Origin: Thermoanaerobaculia bacterium
GTDB lineage: Bacteria; Acidobacteriota; Thermoanaerobaculia; UBA5066
Assembly (NCBI GenBank): GCA_963816185.1
Contig: CAWFJJ010000028.1
Span: forward strand, 352,001-416,000
Reading direction: 5' to 3'
DNA length: 64,000 nucleotides
Numbering within the stretch: position 1 is the first letter of the stretch; each line of letters begins with the position of its first letter. Positions 39,325 to 48,634 of the stretch are shown piece by piece. Made by a program: the position numbers and the translations under genes. The notes below the pieces were generated by a model, which saw only the letters and a program-made list of their open reading frames with translations, had not been told where the DNA came from and did not search any database.

Positions 39325-40103
39325 GCGGCGGCGGGCGCGGGCGTCGTCTTGCGGCGCAGAGCCCAGAGGACCACCGCCACGGCGATGCCGCAAAGGGCGA
39401 TGAACTGCGACGTCGACATCACGCCGAACACCGACCCGCGCGGGTCGCCCCGGAAGATCTCGATCACGAAGCGGAGGAGCGCGTAGCCGAAGAGATAGCG
39501 CACGAAGGTCTCGCCCGAGTACCGGCGGCGCTCGAGAGCGACGAGAAGGATGCACAGGACGAGCGTGCCCACGGCCTCGTAGATCTGGGTCGGGTGAAGG
39601 GGAATGTCGAGCGGTACGCCCACGTTCTCGTGGGCCTTCGGATCGGTGAATGTGATCGCCCACGGGAGCGTACATTCGCGGCCCCAGCAGCAACCCGCCA
39701 GGAGGCATCCGACGCGGCCGAGGGATTGTCCGAGCGCGACGGAGGGCGCCGCGATGTCGGCAAAGGTGAAAAACGGGATCTCGCGCCTGCGGAGGAGCAC
39801 GACCGTGGCCACGAGCGCGCCGATCAGGCCGCCGTAGAACACGCCGCCGGCCCGCGCGAGATCTTTGAGACCGCTCCAGGAGGAGACGTACTGCGGCCAC
39901 TCCACGATCACGAGCAGGAGCTTGGAGCCCACGAGGCCCGACAGGAGAAGCCAGATGCCGACGTCGGAAGCGGCGTCCGGCGTGACGCCGAAAGAGGGGG
40001 CGCGCTTTCTCACGAGCCAGAGCCCCGCAAGGAAGGCGAGCGCCATCATCAGCCCGTAGCTCGGAAGCGCGAAGTTCCCGATGTGGATCAGCTCTGGGTG
40101 CAC
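39321..40103 (-). CDS. lgt: Prolipoprotein diacylglyceryl transferase
   Basis: SYGLM, GGVFYGG, GRVGC...GCCWG, HPTQIYE, RFVIEIFR. Confidence 0.92.
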   Translation of the reverse strand: MHPELIHIGNFALPSYGLMMALAFLAGLWLVRKRAPSFGVTPDAASDVGIWLLLSGLVGSKLLLVIVEWPQYVSSWSGLKDLARAGGVFYGGLIGALVATVVLLRRREIPFFTFADIAAPSVALGQSLGRVGCLLAGCCWGRECTLPWAITFTDPKAHENVGVPLDIPLHPTQIYEAVGTLVLCILLVALERRRYSGETFVRYLFGYALLRFVIEIFRGDPRGSVFGVMSTSQFIALCGIAVAVVLWALRRKTTPAPAAA

Positions 40104-40588
40104 GTCTCGGGCTCTTTCTCGGGGTGCCGCCAGATGTCCCAGGCGAGGAGGATGACGCCTACGCTGATCGCGCTGTCGGCCACGTTGAAGGACGGCCACT
40201 CCCAGCGGCCCGCGTAGAAACGCAGGAAGTCCGTCACGGACTGGAAGCGAATGCGGTCGATGAGGTTCCCGACGGCCCCGCCGAGGACCAGGGCGAGCGC
40301 CGTCTGCAGGCGCGTGAGCGTCGCGGGCGACGTGAGCGACCACGCGAGGACGCCGAGGAAGACCCCGACCGCCACCAGCGTGAGGATCGCGGTCCGCGCG
40401 GGTGAGTTCGTGAAGGCGAACAGGCCGAACGCCGTGCCCCTGTTCCTCACGTGCGTGAGATCGAAAAAGCCCCGGATGATCGGGATCGTTTCGTGAAGCG
40501 GAATCCGGGCGGCCACGATCGCCTTCGTGACCTGGTCCAGGACCACGACGGCAAGGGAGATTCCAAAATAGACCAGCCGGCGCGGCAC
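40088..40588 (-). CDS. lspA: Lipoprotein signal peptidase II
   Basis: LDQVTK, NRGTAFG, GAVGNLIDR, VTDF, FNVADSAI. Confidence 0.95.
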   Translation of the reverse strand: MPRRLVYFGISLAVVVLDQVTKAIVAARIPLHETIPIIRGFFDLTHVRNRGTAFGLFAFTNSPARTAILTLVAVGVFLGVLAWSLTSPATLTRLQTALALVLGGAVGNLIDRIRFQSVTDFLRFYAGRWEWPSFNVADSAISVGVILLAWDIWRHPEKEPETCTQS

Positions 40589-40598
40589 GTCCCGGATT

Positions 40599-43500
40599 CT
40601 ACTCGCCGACGACGCGGCGGCAGCGCGCGCAGATGCCGCTCGGCTCGACGTCGGTACGCACCTGCCAGCAACGCGGACATTTGGCACCCTCGGCGGGACG
40701 GACGGCGATGGCGTCCTCTTCGCCCTCCCGCACGACCGACGGTGTTCCAAAGACGTCGGCGAGTTCTTCTTCTGAGAGGGAAAGAACGGCGAGCGCTTCG
40801 TCGACGGCGCCGCCCCGCCCCACGACGACGGTGGCCTGAGAGGCGGACCCGACTTTCCCCTCTCTTCGGAGCGGCTCGAGGACCTGCAGGAAGTCCGCTC
40901 GGGCCGCCAGGATGCGTCGCCATGCCTTTCTTTCATTCGAAGAGATCTCCGGGAGCTTTACATCGTCCCAGCTTCGCAGGAAAAGCGCGGAGGGATCCGC
41001 CGCATTTCCCGGGATCGCCTCCCAGATCTCTTCCGCCGTGAACGGGCAGATCGGCGAAAGGCCGAGGGCGATGGTCCTGGCGAGCTGGTAGGCGGCTGTC
41101 TGCGCCGAGCGCCGCACGGGATCGTCCGCAGCGAGGACGTAAAGCACGTCCTTTCGCACGTCACACCAGAACGCCGACAGGTCCGTCGTCACGAGATCGA
41201 GAAGGCGTCGCGACACCACGTGGAACGCATAGTCGCGGTAGGCGTCCCTCGCATCGCCGGCAAATTGCGCCGCGACGTCGAGCACCCACCGGTCGAGGGG
41301 CTCGAGTCGGCTTTCCGGCACGCTGTCCTTCGCCGGGTCGAAGTCGGACAGGTTCGAGAGGAGAAAGCGCGCCGTGTTGCGGATCTTGCGGTAAGCCTCG
41401 GACGTCCGCTTGAGGATCTCGTCGGAGACGGGGTCGTCGTTCGTGTAGTCGGCGGAAGCGACCCAGAGCCGCAGCACGTCGGCGCCGTCCTTCTTGATGA
41501 CGTCGTGCGGGTCCACCGTGTTTCCGAGCGACTTCGACATCTTCCGGCCGTCTCCCGCGACGACGAACCCGTGTGTGAGCACCGCGTCGTAGGGCGCGCG
41601 GTTCGTCAGCGCGACGGAGGTCAGCAACGACGACTGGAACCACCCGCGGTGCTGGTCGTGCCCCTCGAGGTACATGACCGGGACCGGGGGGTGTGCCGTG
41701 TACGGGTCCTCGATACCGTAGTCGCCCGAGCGGAGGACGGCCGCGTGCGACACCCCCGAGTCGAACCACACGTCGAGGATGTCCTTGACCTTCTCGAAGT
41801 TCGCACCGCCACAGCGCGCGCAGGAAGCAGAGGACGTCGAGGTCGACGATGAAGAGAAAGAAGAAGAGGAAGAGAAAGAGGAAGACGAAGAATTGCTTAG
41901 AAAGTAAGACGGGGGGAAGGCGGCGTCGTCATACCAGGCATCCGCTCCGTGTTCGCGAAATGTCCCTCTTACCCTTTCAAAGAATTCTCCTCTTTCTTTC
42001 CTCTCTCGATCGCTGACTTCTCCCTCGACCGACGGGTAGTGCGAAACGACGCCCTTCTCCATGCAATCGGTGCACCTCAGAAACGTGATGGGCGAGCCCC
42101 AGCGGCGCTGGCGGGAGATCGTCCACTCGAGGCGGTTGTCGACCATCGCGCCGATGCGGTTTTCGCTGTAGGACGGGATCCACTCCACCCGGTCGTGGAT
42201 CTCGGACATCGCGCGCTCGCGGAGTGCGCCGAGGTCGATGAACCACTGGTGGGTCGCGCGGAAGATGACGGGCTGCTTGCACCGCCAGCAATGGGGGTAG
42301 GAGTGAGAAAGAGATTTCTTCGAAAGGAGGAGAGATCCGGAGTGGTCCTTGCCCGGACGTCCCGCGAAGCTCGACGCCTCGGCGGGCGTCGTCGCGAGCG
42401 CCGCGAGGACCGCGTCGTTCGCGCTCTCGTCGGGCGTTTTCGGGATGACGACTCTCTTCCCGCGCAGGAACTCCGGCGCGTTCGCGTCGTAGTACCCGCC
42501 TTCGTCGACCGGGCAGAGAGCCGGGTCGTCCACCTTGAAGGCGTGCCTCCTCACGACCTCGTAGTCGTCGCGCCCGTGGCCCGGAGCCGTGTGGACGAGG
42601 CCCGTGCCGTCCGTCGTCGACACGTGCTCGCCGAGGAGGAATCCGAAATTGGTTTCGGACGACGCGGCGAAGGGACGTCGATAGACGAGGCCGGCGGCGC
42701 CTAGGGTCGCGCCGCTTTTCTTCGAATGGGGAAGAGGGCTGGCGTCGCGCCAGCCGAGCGCGGCCGTCACTTGCGGGACGAGCGCAGCCGCGACGAGATA
42801 AGCGGCCCCAGGCTCGTCTTCCTTTCTGAGAAGAATGTATTCGATGCTCGGGCCAAGGGCGATCGCCCGGTTTGCGGGGAGAGTCCACGGCGTGGTCGTC
42901 CAGATGAGGGCGAACAGCCGCAGTGTGCCGGTCGCGTTTGCGAGGTCGGGCCACACCGCTTTCCAGGAATCTCCGTCCAACGGCATCGCGACGTAGACCG
43001 ACGGATCGGTCCTGTCCTCGTACTCGACCTCCGCTTCCGCGAGGGCGGTGCGGTCGCGCACGCACCAGAGGACGCTCTTGAATCCGAACGTGACGAGCCC
43101 TCTGTCCACGAAGCCGCCGAAAGCCCTGGCGATCTCGGACTGATAGGAGAAGTCCATCGTGCGATAGGGCGCCTCCCACCTGCCGAGGATTCCGAGGCGC
43201 TTGAAGTCGGAGCGCTGGTCGTCGATCCACCTCTCCGCGAACTTCCGGCACGCCCGGCGGATCGCGACGTCGGACATCTCGCGCTTCTTCGGCCCGAGCT
43301 CCTTGTCCACGCCCAGCTCGATGGGGAGGCCGTGGCAGTCCCAGCCGGGCACGTACGGTGCGTCGAGGCCCGCGAGAGTCTTGCTGCGGACGACGAGGTC
43401 CTTCAGGATCTTGTTCATCGCCGTGCCGATGTGGATCTTGTTGTTCGCGTACGGCGGGCCGTCGTGCAGGAGGAAACGCGGGGCGCCGGCGCGCGCTCGC

Positions 43501-43631
43501 CGGATCCGCCCGTAGAGGTCGTCCGCGTGCCACCGCGCGAGGCGGACGGGCTCCCGTTTCGGCAGATCCGCCTTCATCGGGAACCCCGTCTTCGGAAGAA
43601 GGAGCGTCGATTTCCAGTCGGTTCCGATCAT
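40599..43631 (-). CDS. ileS: Isoleucine--tRNA ligase (type 1)
   Basis: HDGPPYAN, HIGT (HIGH equivalent), GWDCHGLP, WTTTPWTLP, WTISRQR, DQHRGWF, KMSKS, C-terminal KCPRCW zinc finger. Confidence 0.97.
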   Translation of the reverse strand: MIGTDWKSTLLLPKTGFPMKADLPKREPVRLARWHADDLYGRIRRARAGAPRFLLHDGPPYANNKIHIGTAMNKILKDLVVRSKTLAGLDAPYVPGWDCHGLPIELGVDKELGPKKREMSDVAIRRACRKFAERWIDDQRSDFKRLGILGRWEAPYRTMDFSYQSEIARAFGGFVDRGLVTFGFKSVLWCVRDRTALAEAEVEYEDRTDPSVYVAMPLDGDSWKAVWPDLANATGTLRLFALIWTTTPWTLPANRAIALGPSIEYILLRKEDEPGAAYLVAAALVPQVTAALGWRDASPLPHSKKSGATLGAAGLVYRRPFAASSETNFGFLLGEHVSTTDGTGLVHTAPGHGRDDYEVVRRHAFKVDDPALCPVDEGGYYDANAPEFLRGKRVVIPKTPDESANDAVLAALATTPAEASSFAGRPGKDHSGSLLLSKKSLSHSYPHCWRCKQPVIFRATHQWFIDLGALRERAMSEIHDRVEWIPSYSENRIGAMVDNRLEWTISRQRRWGSPITFLRCTDCMEKGVVSHYPSVEGEVSDRERKERGEFFERVRGTFREHGADAWYDDAAFPPSYFLSNSSSSSFSSSSSFSSSSTSTSSASCARCGGANFEKVKDILDVWFDSGVSHAAVLRSGDYGIEDPYTAHPPVPVMYLEGHDQHRGWFQSSLLTSVALTNRAPYDAVLTHGFVVAGDGRKMSKSLGNTVDPHDVIKKDGADVLRLWVASADYTNDDPVSDEILKRTSEAYRKIRNTARFLLSNLSDFDPAKDSVPESRLEPLDRWVLDVAAQFAGDARDAYRDYAFHVVSRRLLDLVTTDLSAFWCDVRKDVLYVLAADDPVRRSAQTAAYQLARTIALGLSPICPFTAEEIWEAIPGNAADPSALFLRSWDDVKLPEISSNERKAWRRILAARADFLQVLEPLRREGKVGSASQATVVVGRGGAVDEALAVLSLSEEELADVFGTPSVVREGEEDAIAVRPAEGAKCPRCWQVRTDVEPSGICARCRRVVGE
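41851..41904. repeat. Module C purine tract inside ileS (encodes a poly-Ser insertion)
   Basis: GAAGAGAAAG-type tract ending GAAGAATTGCTTAGAAAG; this 18-mer matches leuS 49775-49792 at 17/18 positions. Confidence 0.75.
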
Positions 43632-43743
43632 GGTGAAGCCGCGAAGGTTACGCGGTCGGCCCGTGCCGGGCAAGGCTCAGGCCTTCATTTGATTCCAACT
43701 GATCATGTGGCGGACGCAAACGATCCCTTAGACTGCGCCGCGC

Positions 43744-44688
43744 ATGGCGAGAATCCGGACAGGAGTCGTGGGATGCGGCTATCTCGGCCGGCACCACGCT
43801 CGGATCCTCACGGAGCTCGCCGACTCCGAGCCCGTCGGCTTCGTCGAGCCGGACGACGCGACGGCGGCCACGATCGAGGCCGCGCACGGTCCGAAAGGAC
43901 TCGCTCGGAGGCCTTCCGTCAAAGAGCTCCTGGGAGCGGGCGCGATGGCGGTCGTGGTGGCGTCTCCGACCTCCACCCACGCCGCGGTGGCGGAAGAGCT
44001 CCTCGCCGGGGGCGCCGACGTCATGGTCGAAAAGCCGATCACGGTCACCCTGGCCGAGGCCGACCGTCTCGTCGCTCTCGCGCGGGCCAAGGGCCGCATC
44101 CTTCAGGTCGGCCACATCGAGCGCTTCAATCCGGCGGTGGCCGCCGTGCGCCCGCTCGTCACGGATGTGAAGTTCATCGAGGCGCACCGGCTCGGGGTCT
44201 TCGTCCCGCGCGCGCTCGACGTGGACGTCGTCCTCGACCTCCTCGTCCACGACCTCGACATCGCGCTCGACCTCGTGGGCAAGCCGGTCACGGAGATCCG
44301 GGCGGTCGGCGTGCCGATCCTGAGCGAGAAGATCGACATTGCCTCGGTGCGCCTTTCCTTCGAGGGCGGGTGCGTGGCGAACCTGACCGCCTCGCGCGTC
44401 TCACAGGACAAGACGCGGAAGTTCCGGTTCTTCCAGCCCGACTGGTACTTCTCGATCGACACTCAGCACCGGGATGTGACGGCATTTCGTCTCGACCGCC
44501 TCAGCGGCCCGCCGCGCATCGTGCCGTGGCCCGTGACGGTCGAGCCCGCGGATCCTCTCACCGCCGAGGACTCCGCGTTCCTGAAGGCCTGCGCGGAGCG
44601 CACCGAGCCGGAAGTGACGGGCGAAGCCGGCCGCGCGGCGCTCAAGCTGGCGCTCGACATTCTCGAGGAGATGGGGCGGGGACGATGA
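43744..44688 (+). CDS. Gfo/Idh/MocA family oxidoreductase (GnnA-like)
   Basis: GVVGCGYLGRHH, VEKP, VGHIERFNPA, LDLLVHDLD, TASRVS. Confidence 0.9.
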   Translation: MARIRTGVVGCGYLGRHHARILTELADSEPVGFVEPDDATAATIEAAHGPKGLARRPSVKELLGAGAMAVVVASPTSTHAAVAEELLAGGADVMVEKPITVTLAEADRLVALARAKGRILQVGHIERFNPAVAAVRPLVTDVKFIEAHRLGVFVPRALDVDVVLDLLVHDLDIALDLVGKPVTEIRAVGVPILSEKIDIASVRLSFEGGCVANLTASRVSQDKTRKFRFFQPDWYFSIDTQHRDVTAFRLDRLSGPPRIVPWPVTVEPADPLTAEDSAFLKACAERTEPEVTGEAGRAALKLALDILEEMGRGR

Positions 44689-45719
44689 AGAGAAAAGGGA
44701 ACAAGAACTCTTTCTTATATACGGCGGCTGCTGATGCAGCCGCCGATAGAAGAAAGTCTTCTCCCCGAATGGTCGATGTCAAGGGCGTGCTTCGCGCGCC
44801 GCGCAGCGGTCGCAGACCCTTGACATCGGCCATTCGGGGAATACGGTCGTCGACCAAGTCTTTGCGGCGCATCGGCCTCATCGGCGGCTCGGGTCTTTAT
44901 TCACTTCCCGGCCTCGAGATCACTCGCGAAATCGGGCTTTCGACGCCCTTCGGCGACCCCTCCGACTCTTTCTTTCTAGGAAGTCTCTCTTCGGTCCCTG
45001 TCGCATTTCTCGCGCGTCACGGACGTCACCATTCGTTCCTGCCTTCCGAGATCAACTACCGAGCGAACGTCTGGGGGTTCAGGAAGCTCGGCTGCTCGTG
45101 GCTTCTCTCGGCCTCGGCCTGCGGCTCGATGAAGGAGTCCTACGCGCCGGCCGACATCGTCCTGCCGGACCAGTTCCTCGACTTGACGAAGCGGCGCGTC
45201 TCGACGTTCTTCGGAGACGGCTGTGCGGCGCACGTGTCGTTCGCGCACCCCGTTTCGGCCGTTCTTCTCGACGCTGTGGAGGCGGCCGCGAAGGCGGAAG
45301 GGGCCGTGTGCCATCGAGGCGGAACGTACGTGTGCATCGAAGGACCCCAGTTCTCGACGAAGGCCGAGTCTCTGCTCTACCGTTCCTGGGGCGCGGACGT
45401 GATCGGGATGACGAACGCCACCGAGGCAAAGCTCTGCCGCGAGGCGGGGATCGGCTATGCGTCGATGGCGCTCGTCACGGACTACGACTGCTGGCACGAG
45501 GAGCAGGCCGCGGTCTCGGTGGAAGCTGTCCTCGACGTCCTGAAAAGAAACGCCGGCACCGCGAATCGCGTCCTCGCGAACGCCGTTCGCCGCCTCGACC
45601 CGGACAGCCCGAGCGACTGCGCGGACGCCCTCGAGTGGGCCGTTCTCACGCCGAGGAACCGGATCAGTCCCGCCGCCTCGAAGCGCCTCGCGCTTCTTCT
45701 GAACAAGGACGAGAGATGA
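44685..45719 (+). CDS. mtnP: S-methyl-5'-thioadenosine phosphorylase, with a repeat-derived N-terminal extension if started at ATG 44685 (alternative TTG 44862)
   Basis: IGLIGGSGLY, TPFGDPSD, RHGRHH, NYRAN, EGPQFST, IGMT, VTDYDCW; ATGA overlap with the upstream gene. Confidence 0.92.
   Translation: MKRKGNKNSFLYTAAADAAADRRKSSPRMVDVKGVLRAPRSGRRPLTSAIRGIRSSTKSLRRIGLIGGSGLYSLPGLEITREIGLSTPFGDPSDSFFLGSLSSVPVAFLARHGRHHSFLPSEINYRANVWGFRKLGCSWLLSASACGSMKESYAPADIVLPDQFLDLTKRRVSTFFGDGCAAHVSFAHPVSAVLLDAVEAAAKAEGAVCHRGGTYVCIEGPQFSTKAESLLYRSWGADVIGMTNATEAKLCREAGIGYASMALVTDYDCWHEEQAAVSVEAVLDVLKRNAGTANRVLANAVRRLDPDSPSDCADALEWAVLTPRNRISPAASKRLALLLNKDER
44706..44840. repeat. Composite palindromic repeat copy 1: hairpin A (44722-44745) plus cruciform B (44762-44840)
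   Basis: A: CGGCGGCTGC-tgat-GCAGCCGCCG. B: TCCCCGAATGGTCGATGTCAAGGG...CCCTTGACATCGGCCATTCGGGGA. Near-identical to 58373-58490. Confidence 0.92.
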
Positions 45720-46726
45720 CCGCACGCCGCATCGTCGTTACCGGGTCCGTCGCCTACGACTACCTGATGACCTTCCCGGGGAAATTCCTCGACGTCGTCA
45801 TCCCCGACCGCATGGACCGCCTCTCGGTGTCGTTCCTCGTGGACTCCATGCGGAAAGTGCGGGGGGGCGTGGCTCCGAACATCGCCTACACGCTCGCGCT
45901 CCTCGGCCTCAGGCCCCTCGTCATGGCGACGGCGGGCGTCGACGCGCTCGATTACAGCCGGTGGCTCTCCGAACAGGGGGTCGACACCTCATCCCTGCAC
46001 ATTTGCGACGATCTTTTCACGGCCTCGTTCTTCGTCTCGACCGACGAATCGCAGAACCAGATCGCGACGTTCTATGCGGGGGCGATGGCGCGGGCGGCGA
46101 CGCTGTCCTTCCGCGAGCTCTCGCCGAGCAGCGTGAGCCTCGCGATCATCGCGCCGAACGCTCCCGAGGCGATGGCGAAATACGCGACGGAGTGCCGCGA
46201 GCTCCACATCGCATTCGCGTACGACCCGAGTCAGCAGGTGGCGCGGCTTTCGGGTGACGAGATTCTCGAGGGGCTGCGGGGCGCGGCGATGCTCATCGCG
46301 AACGAGTACGAGTTCGGCGTCATCGAGCTCAAGACCGGCCTCTCGGAAGCCGCGGTCCTCTCGCACGTGCCGGTTCTCATCGTGACGCGAGGCGCCGAAG
46401 GTTCCACGATCGCGCTCCGGGGCGGCCAGCCGGAGGCTGCCGCCGGCGTGTCGACGTTCCGCATTCCGCCCGCCCGCCTCCGCGGGCCCGCAGTCGATCC
46501 GACGGGCGTGGGAGATGCGTTCCGCGGGGGCCTCCTTGCCGCACGCCACCACGGCCTGCCGTGGGAGGTCGCGGGCCGCGTGGGAAGCGTGGCAGCCGCC
46601 TACTGCCTGGAAGCCCTCGGACCGCAGCCACCGCGGTATGCCGTCGCCGACTTCATCGCGCGTTACGGCGAGAACTTCGGCTCCGAAGGAGCTCACTCGC
46701 GTGTCAGCGACCTCGCGCCGCGGTGA
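45716..46726 (+). CDS. PfkB-family carbohydrate/adenosine kinase
   Basis: VTGSVAYD, GGVAPNIAY, NQIATFYAGAM, DPSQQ, NEYE, VDPTGVGDAFRGG. Confidence 0.92.
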   Translation: MTARRIVVTGSVAYDYLMTFPGKFLDVVIPDRMDRLSVSFLVDSMRKVRGGVAPNIAYTLALLGLRPLVMATAGVDALDYSRWLSEQGVDTSSLHICDDLFTASFFVSTDESQNQIATFYAGAMARAATLSFRELSPSSVSLAIIAPNAPEAMAKYATECRELHIAFAYDPSQQVARLSGDEILEGLRGAAMLIANEYEFGVIELKTGLSEAAVLSHVPVLIVTRGAEGSTIALRGGQPEAAAGVSTFRIPPARLRGPAVDPTGVGDAFRGGLLAARHHGLPWEVAGRVGSVAAAYCLEALGPQPPRYAVADFIARYGENFGSEGAHSRVSDLAPR

Positions 46727-46729
46727 AGC

Positions 46730-46738
46730 TGATACACT
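46730..46738 (+). promoter_or_regulatory. Extended -10 box (TGaTACACT), 10 nt before the ribH ATG
   Basis: TGn-TAnnnT pattern with no SD between it and ATG 46749. Confidence 0.55.
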
Positions 46739-46748
46739 CCTGGGTCCA

Positions 46749-47246
46749 ATGAACGTGATCGAAGGGCACCTTTCCTCGGCGGGCCGGCGCTTCGGCGTCG
46801 TGGCGGCGCGCACGAACGAGCTCGTCGTGTCGCGCCTCCTCGAAGGCGCCCTCGACGCCTTCCGCCGGACCGGTGCTGCCGACGAGGACGTCGTCGTGGT
46901 GCGCGCCCCGGGCGCGTGGGAGCTTCCCCTCACCCTTCGCGATCTCGCGCGCTCGGGCAAGTTCGACGCGCTCGTGGCGCTCGGCGCCGTCGTTCGCGGC
47001 GGCACGCCGCATTTCGAGTACGTGGCGAGCCAGGCGGCGAAAGGTGTTTTCCAGGTCTCCCTCGAGCTCGACCTCCCCGTGGCGCTCGGAGTCCTGACGT
47101 GCGACACGCTCGAGCAGGCGCTCGAGCGCTCGGGCGCCAAGGGCGGGAACAAAGGCTTCGAGGCGGCGATGGCCGCGGTCGAGGCCGCCGATCTCCGGGC
47201 CCGTCTGAAGAAAGCCCCCGCTCGCTCGTCGCGCCCGACACGCTGA
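46749..47246 (+). CDS. ribH: 6,7-dimethyl-8-ribityllumazine synthase
   Basis: PGAWELP, LGAVVRGGTPHFEYV, GVLT, NKGFEAA; lies upstream of nusB. Confidence 0.95.
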   Translation: MNVIEGHLSSAGRRFGVVAARTNELVVSRLLEGALDAFRRTGAADEDVVVVRAPGAWELPLTLRDLARSGKFDALVALGAVVRGGTPHFEYVASQAAKGVFQVSLELDLPVALGVLTCDTLEQALERSGAKGGNKGFEAAMAAVEAADLRARLKKAPARSSRPTR

Positions 47247-47264
47247 GAGCCGGACGGAGGACGC

Positions 47265-47705
47265 GTGAGCGGCCGCCGGCGGAAGTCGCGAGAGCTGGCG
47301 CTTCAGCTCCTCTACCAGAACGACCTCGCAGGGACGCCGCCCGAGGAGATGTTCCAATACACCGAGGAGTACGTCCTCGCGAAACCCGAGGTCCAGGAGT
47401 ACGCCGAACGCCTCGTCCGGGGCACCCTTTCGCGCCGCGACGAGCTGGACGCGAAGCTCTCCGAGCGCTCCGAGCACTGGCGCCTCGGGCGTATGGCCGC
47501 CGTGGACCGAAATCTTCTTCGCCTCGCGCTCTACGAGCTCCTTTATGAAGAGGACACCCCGGACCCCGTCGTGATCGACGAAGCCGTGGAAATCGCGAAG
47601 AAGTTCTCGACGCCGTCCTCGGGGCCGTTCGTGAACGGCGTCCTGGACGGCATCCGCCGCGCCACGTTCGGCCCGCGCGTTCGGAGCGGGGGAGAAAGCG
47701 GATGA
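47265..47705 (+). CDS. nusB: Transcription antitermination factor NusB
   Basis: RRKSRELALQLLY, W...R...VDRNLLRLA, IDEAVEIAKKF, FVNGVLD. Confidence 0.95.
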   Translation: MSGRRRKSRELALQLLYQNDLAGTPPEEMFQYTEEYVLAKPEVQEYAERLVRGTLSRRDELDAKLSERSEHWRLGRMAAVDRNLLRLALYELLYEEDTPDPVVIDEAVEIAKKFSTPSSGPFVNGVLDGIRRATFGPRVRSGGESG

Positions 47706-48598
47706 CGCCTCGGGCGCTGCTTCTCACCCTCCTCTTCGCGTGGGGCGTCCCGGCCGCGGGGCAGGACTCCGGCGAGTGGGCCCGATACAGGCTCGATGGA
47801 CCCGCGCCGTGGCGGTATGCGCAGGCCGTGGAAGCGGCCGGCTATCGCGTCGTGCTCTCTTCGGCGGACGGCAAGACGCTGGAAGCGCGCGTGGAGGTGT
47901 CCGCCGCACCGTTCACGGCGGACGCGCCGTTTCCGCCCGCCCCGTCGACCCTCTCCGCCGAAGCGCGGACGGCGCTCGCCGATCCCCTCGCGGACGATCC
48001 GGACCTCGACTTCCTGTCCGAGAGGCTTCTCGCGGGCTCGAGGACGACGCTCGAGGCCGTCGAACGGGTCATCGCGTTCACGGCGCACCGCGTTCGCTAT
48101 GCGCTGCCGGACGGCTCGCCCGAGACGGCCTCCCGAACGCTCCGCCAGCGCCGCGGCTCGTGCGTGGGACGCTCGCTCCTGGCGGCCGAGCTGCTGCTTC
48201 GCTCCGGGGTTCCGGCCCGGCAGGTGACCGGCATTCTGGCCGCGCAGCGCGCCCGGGAGCTCACTCCGGAGTCGCGCGCCGTGTTCAACGCGGAGCTGGG
48301 CGGCGTGCGGCACCGCTGGATCGAGGTCTTCGTGCCAGGCCTGGGCTGGGTGCCTTCCGATCCGAGCGGGCTCGCGAACACGGTGACGTCGAGGCATCTC
48401 GCGCTCGAAAGGCAGCCCCCCGCCGGTTTTCACGTGGACGTCGCCGGTCGCTCCGCCGAGCTGAAGCGGCCCGTTCTCGAGACCGCCGAAGGCGGCCTGA
48501 CGCTCTACCGGCCGCGCGGGGCGAGCATCGTGGAGGCCGTTGAAGGGGCGCCGCTCGACCCGCGGGCGCTCGCGGCCCCGCCGCCCGCGCGCCGCTGA
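47702..48598 (+). CDS. Secreted transglutaminase-like domain protein
   Basis: Signal peptide; GSCVGRS, HRWIEV and WVPSDP give a Cys-His-Asp triad. Confidence 0.82.
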   Translation: MTPRALLLTLLFAWGVPAAGQDSGEWARYRLDGPAPWRYAQAVEAAGYRVVLSSADGKTLEARVEVSAAPFTADAPFPPAPSTLSAEARTALADPLADDPDLDFLSERLLAGSRTTLEAVERVIAFTAHRVRYALPDGSPETASRTLRQRRGSCVGRSLLAAELLLRSGVPARQVTGILAAQRARELTPESRAVFNAELGGVRHRWIEVFVPGLGWVPSDPSGLANTVTSRHLALERQPPAGFHVDVAGRSAELKRPVLETAEGGLTLYRPRGASIVEAVEGAPLDPRALAAPPPARR

Positions 48599-48634
48599 CG
48601 CCGCGCCTCTCCGTCGTTTACACTCGCCGACTCG

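Noticed and set aside
43632-43743. T-box upstream of ileS, or FMN riboswitch upstream of ribH
   Set aside because: The intergenic regions are too short and lack the conserved motifs; -10 boxes sit directly before the starts.
42726-45719. 997-aa ORF ending in MtnP
   Set aside because: The upstream part is antisense to ileS and an alternate frame of the oxidoreductase; only 44685 onward is credible.
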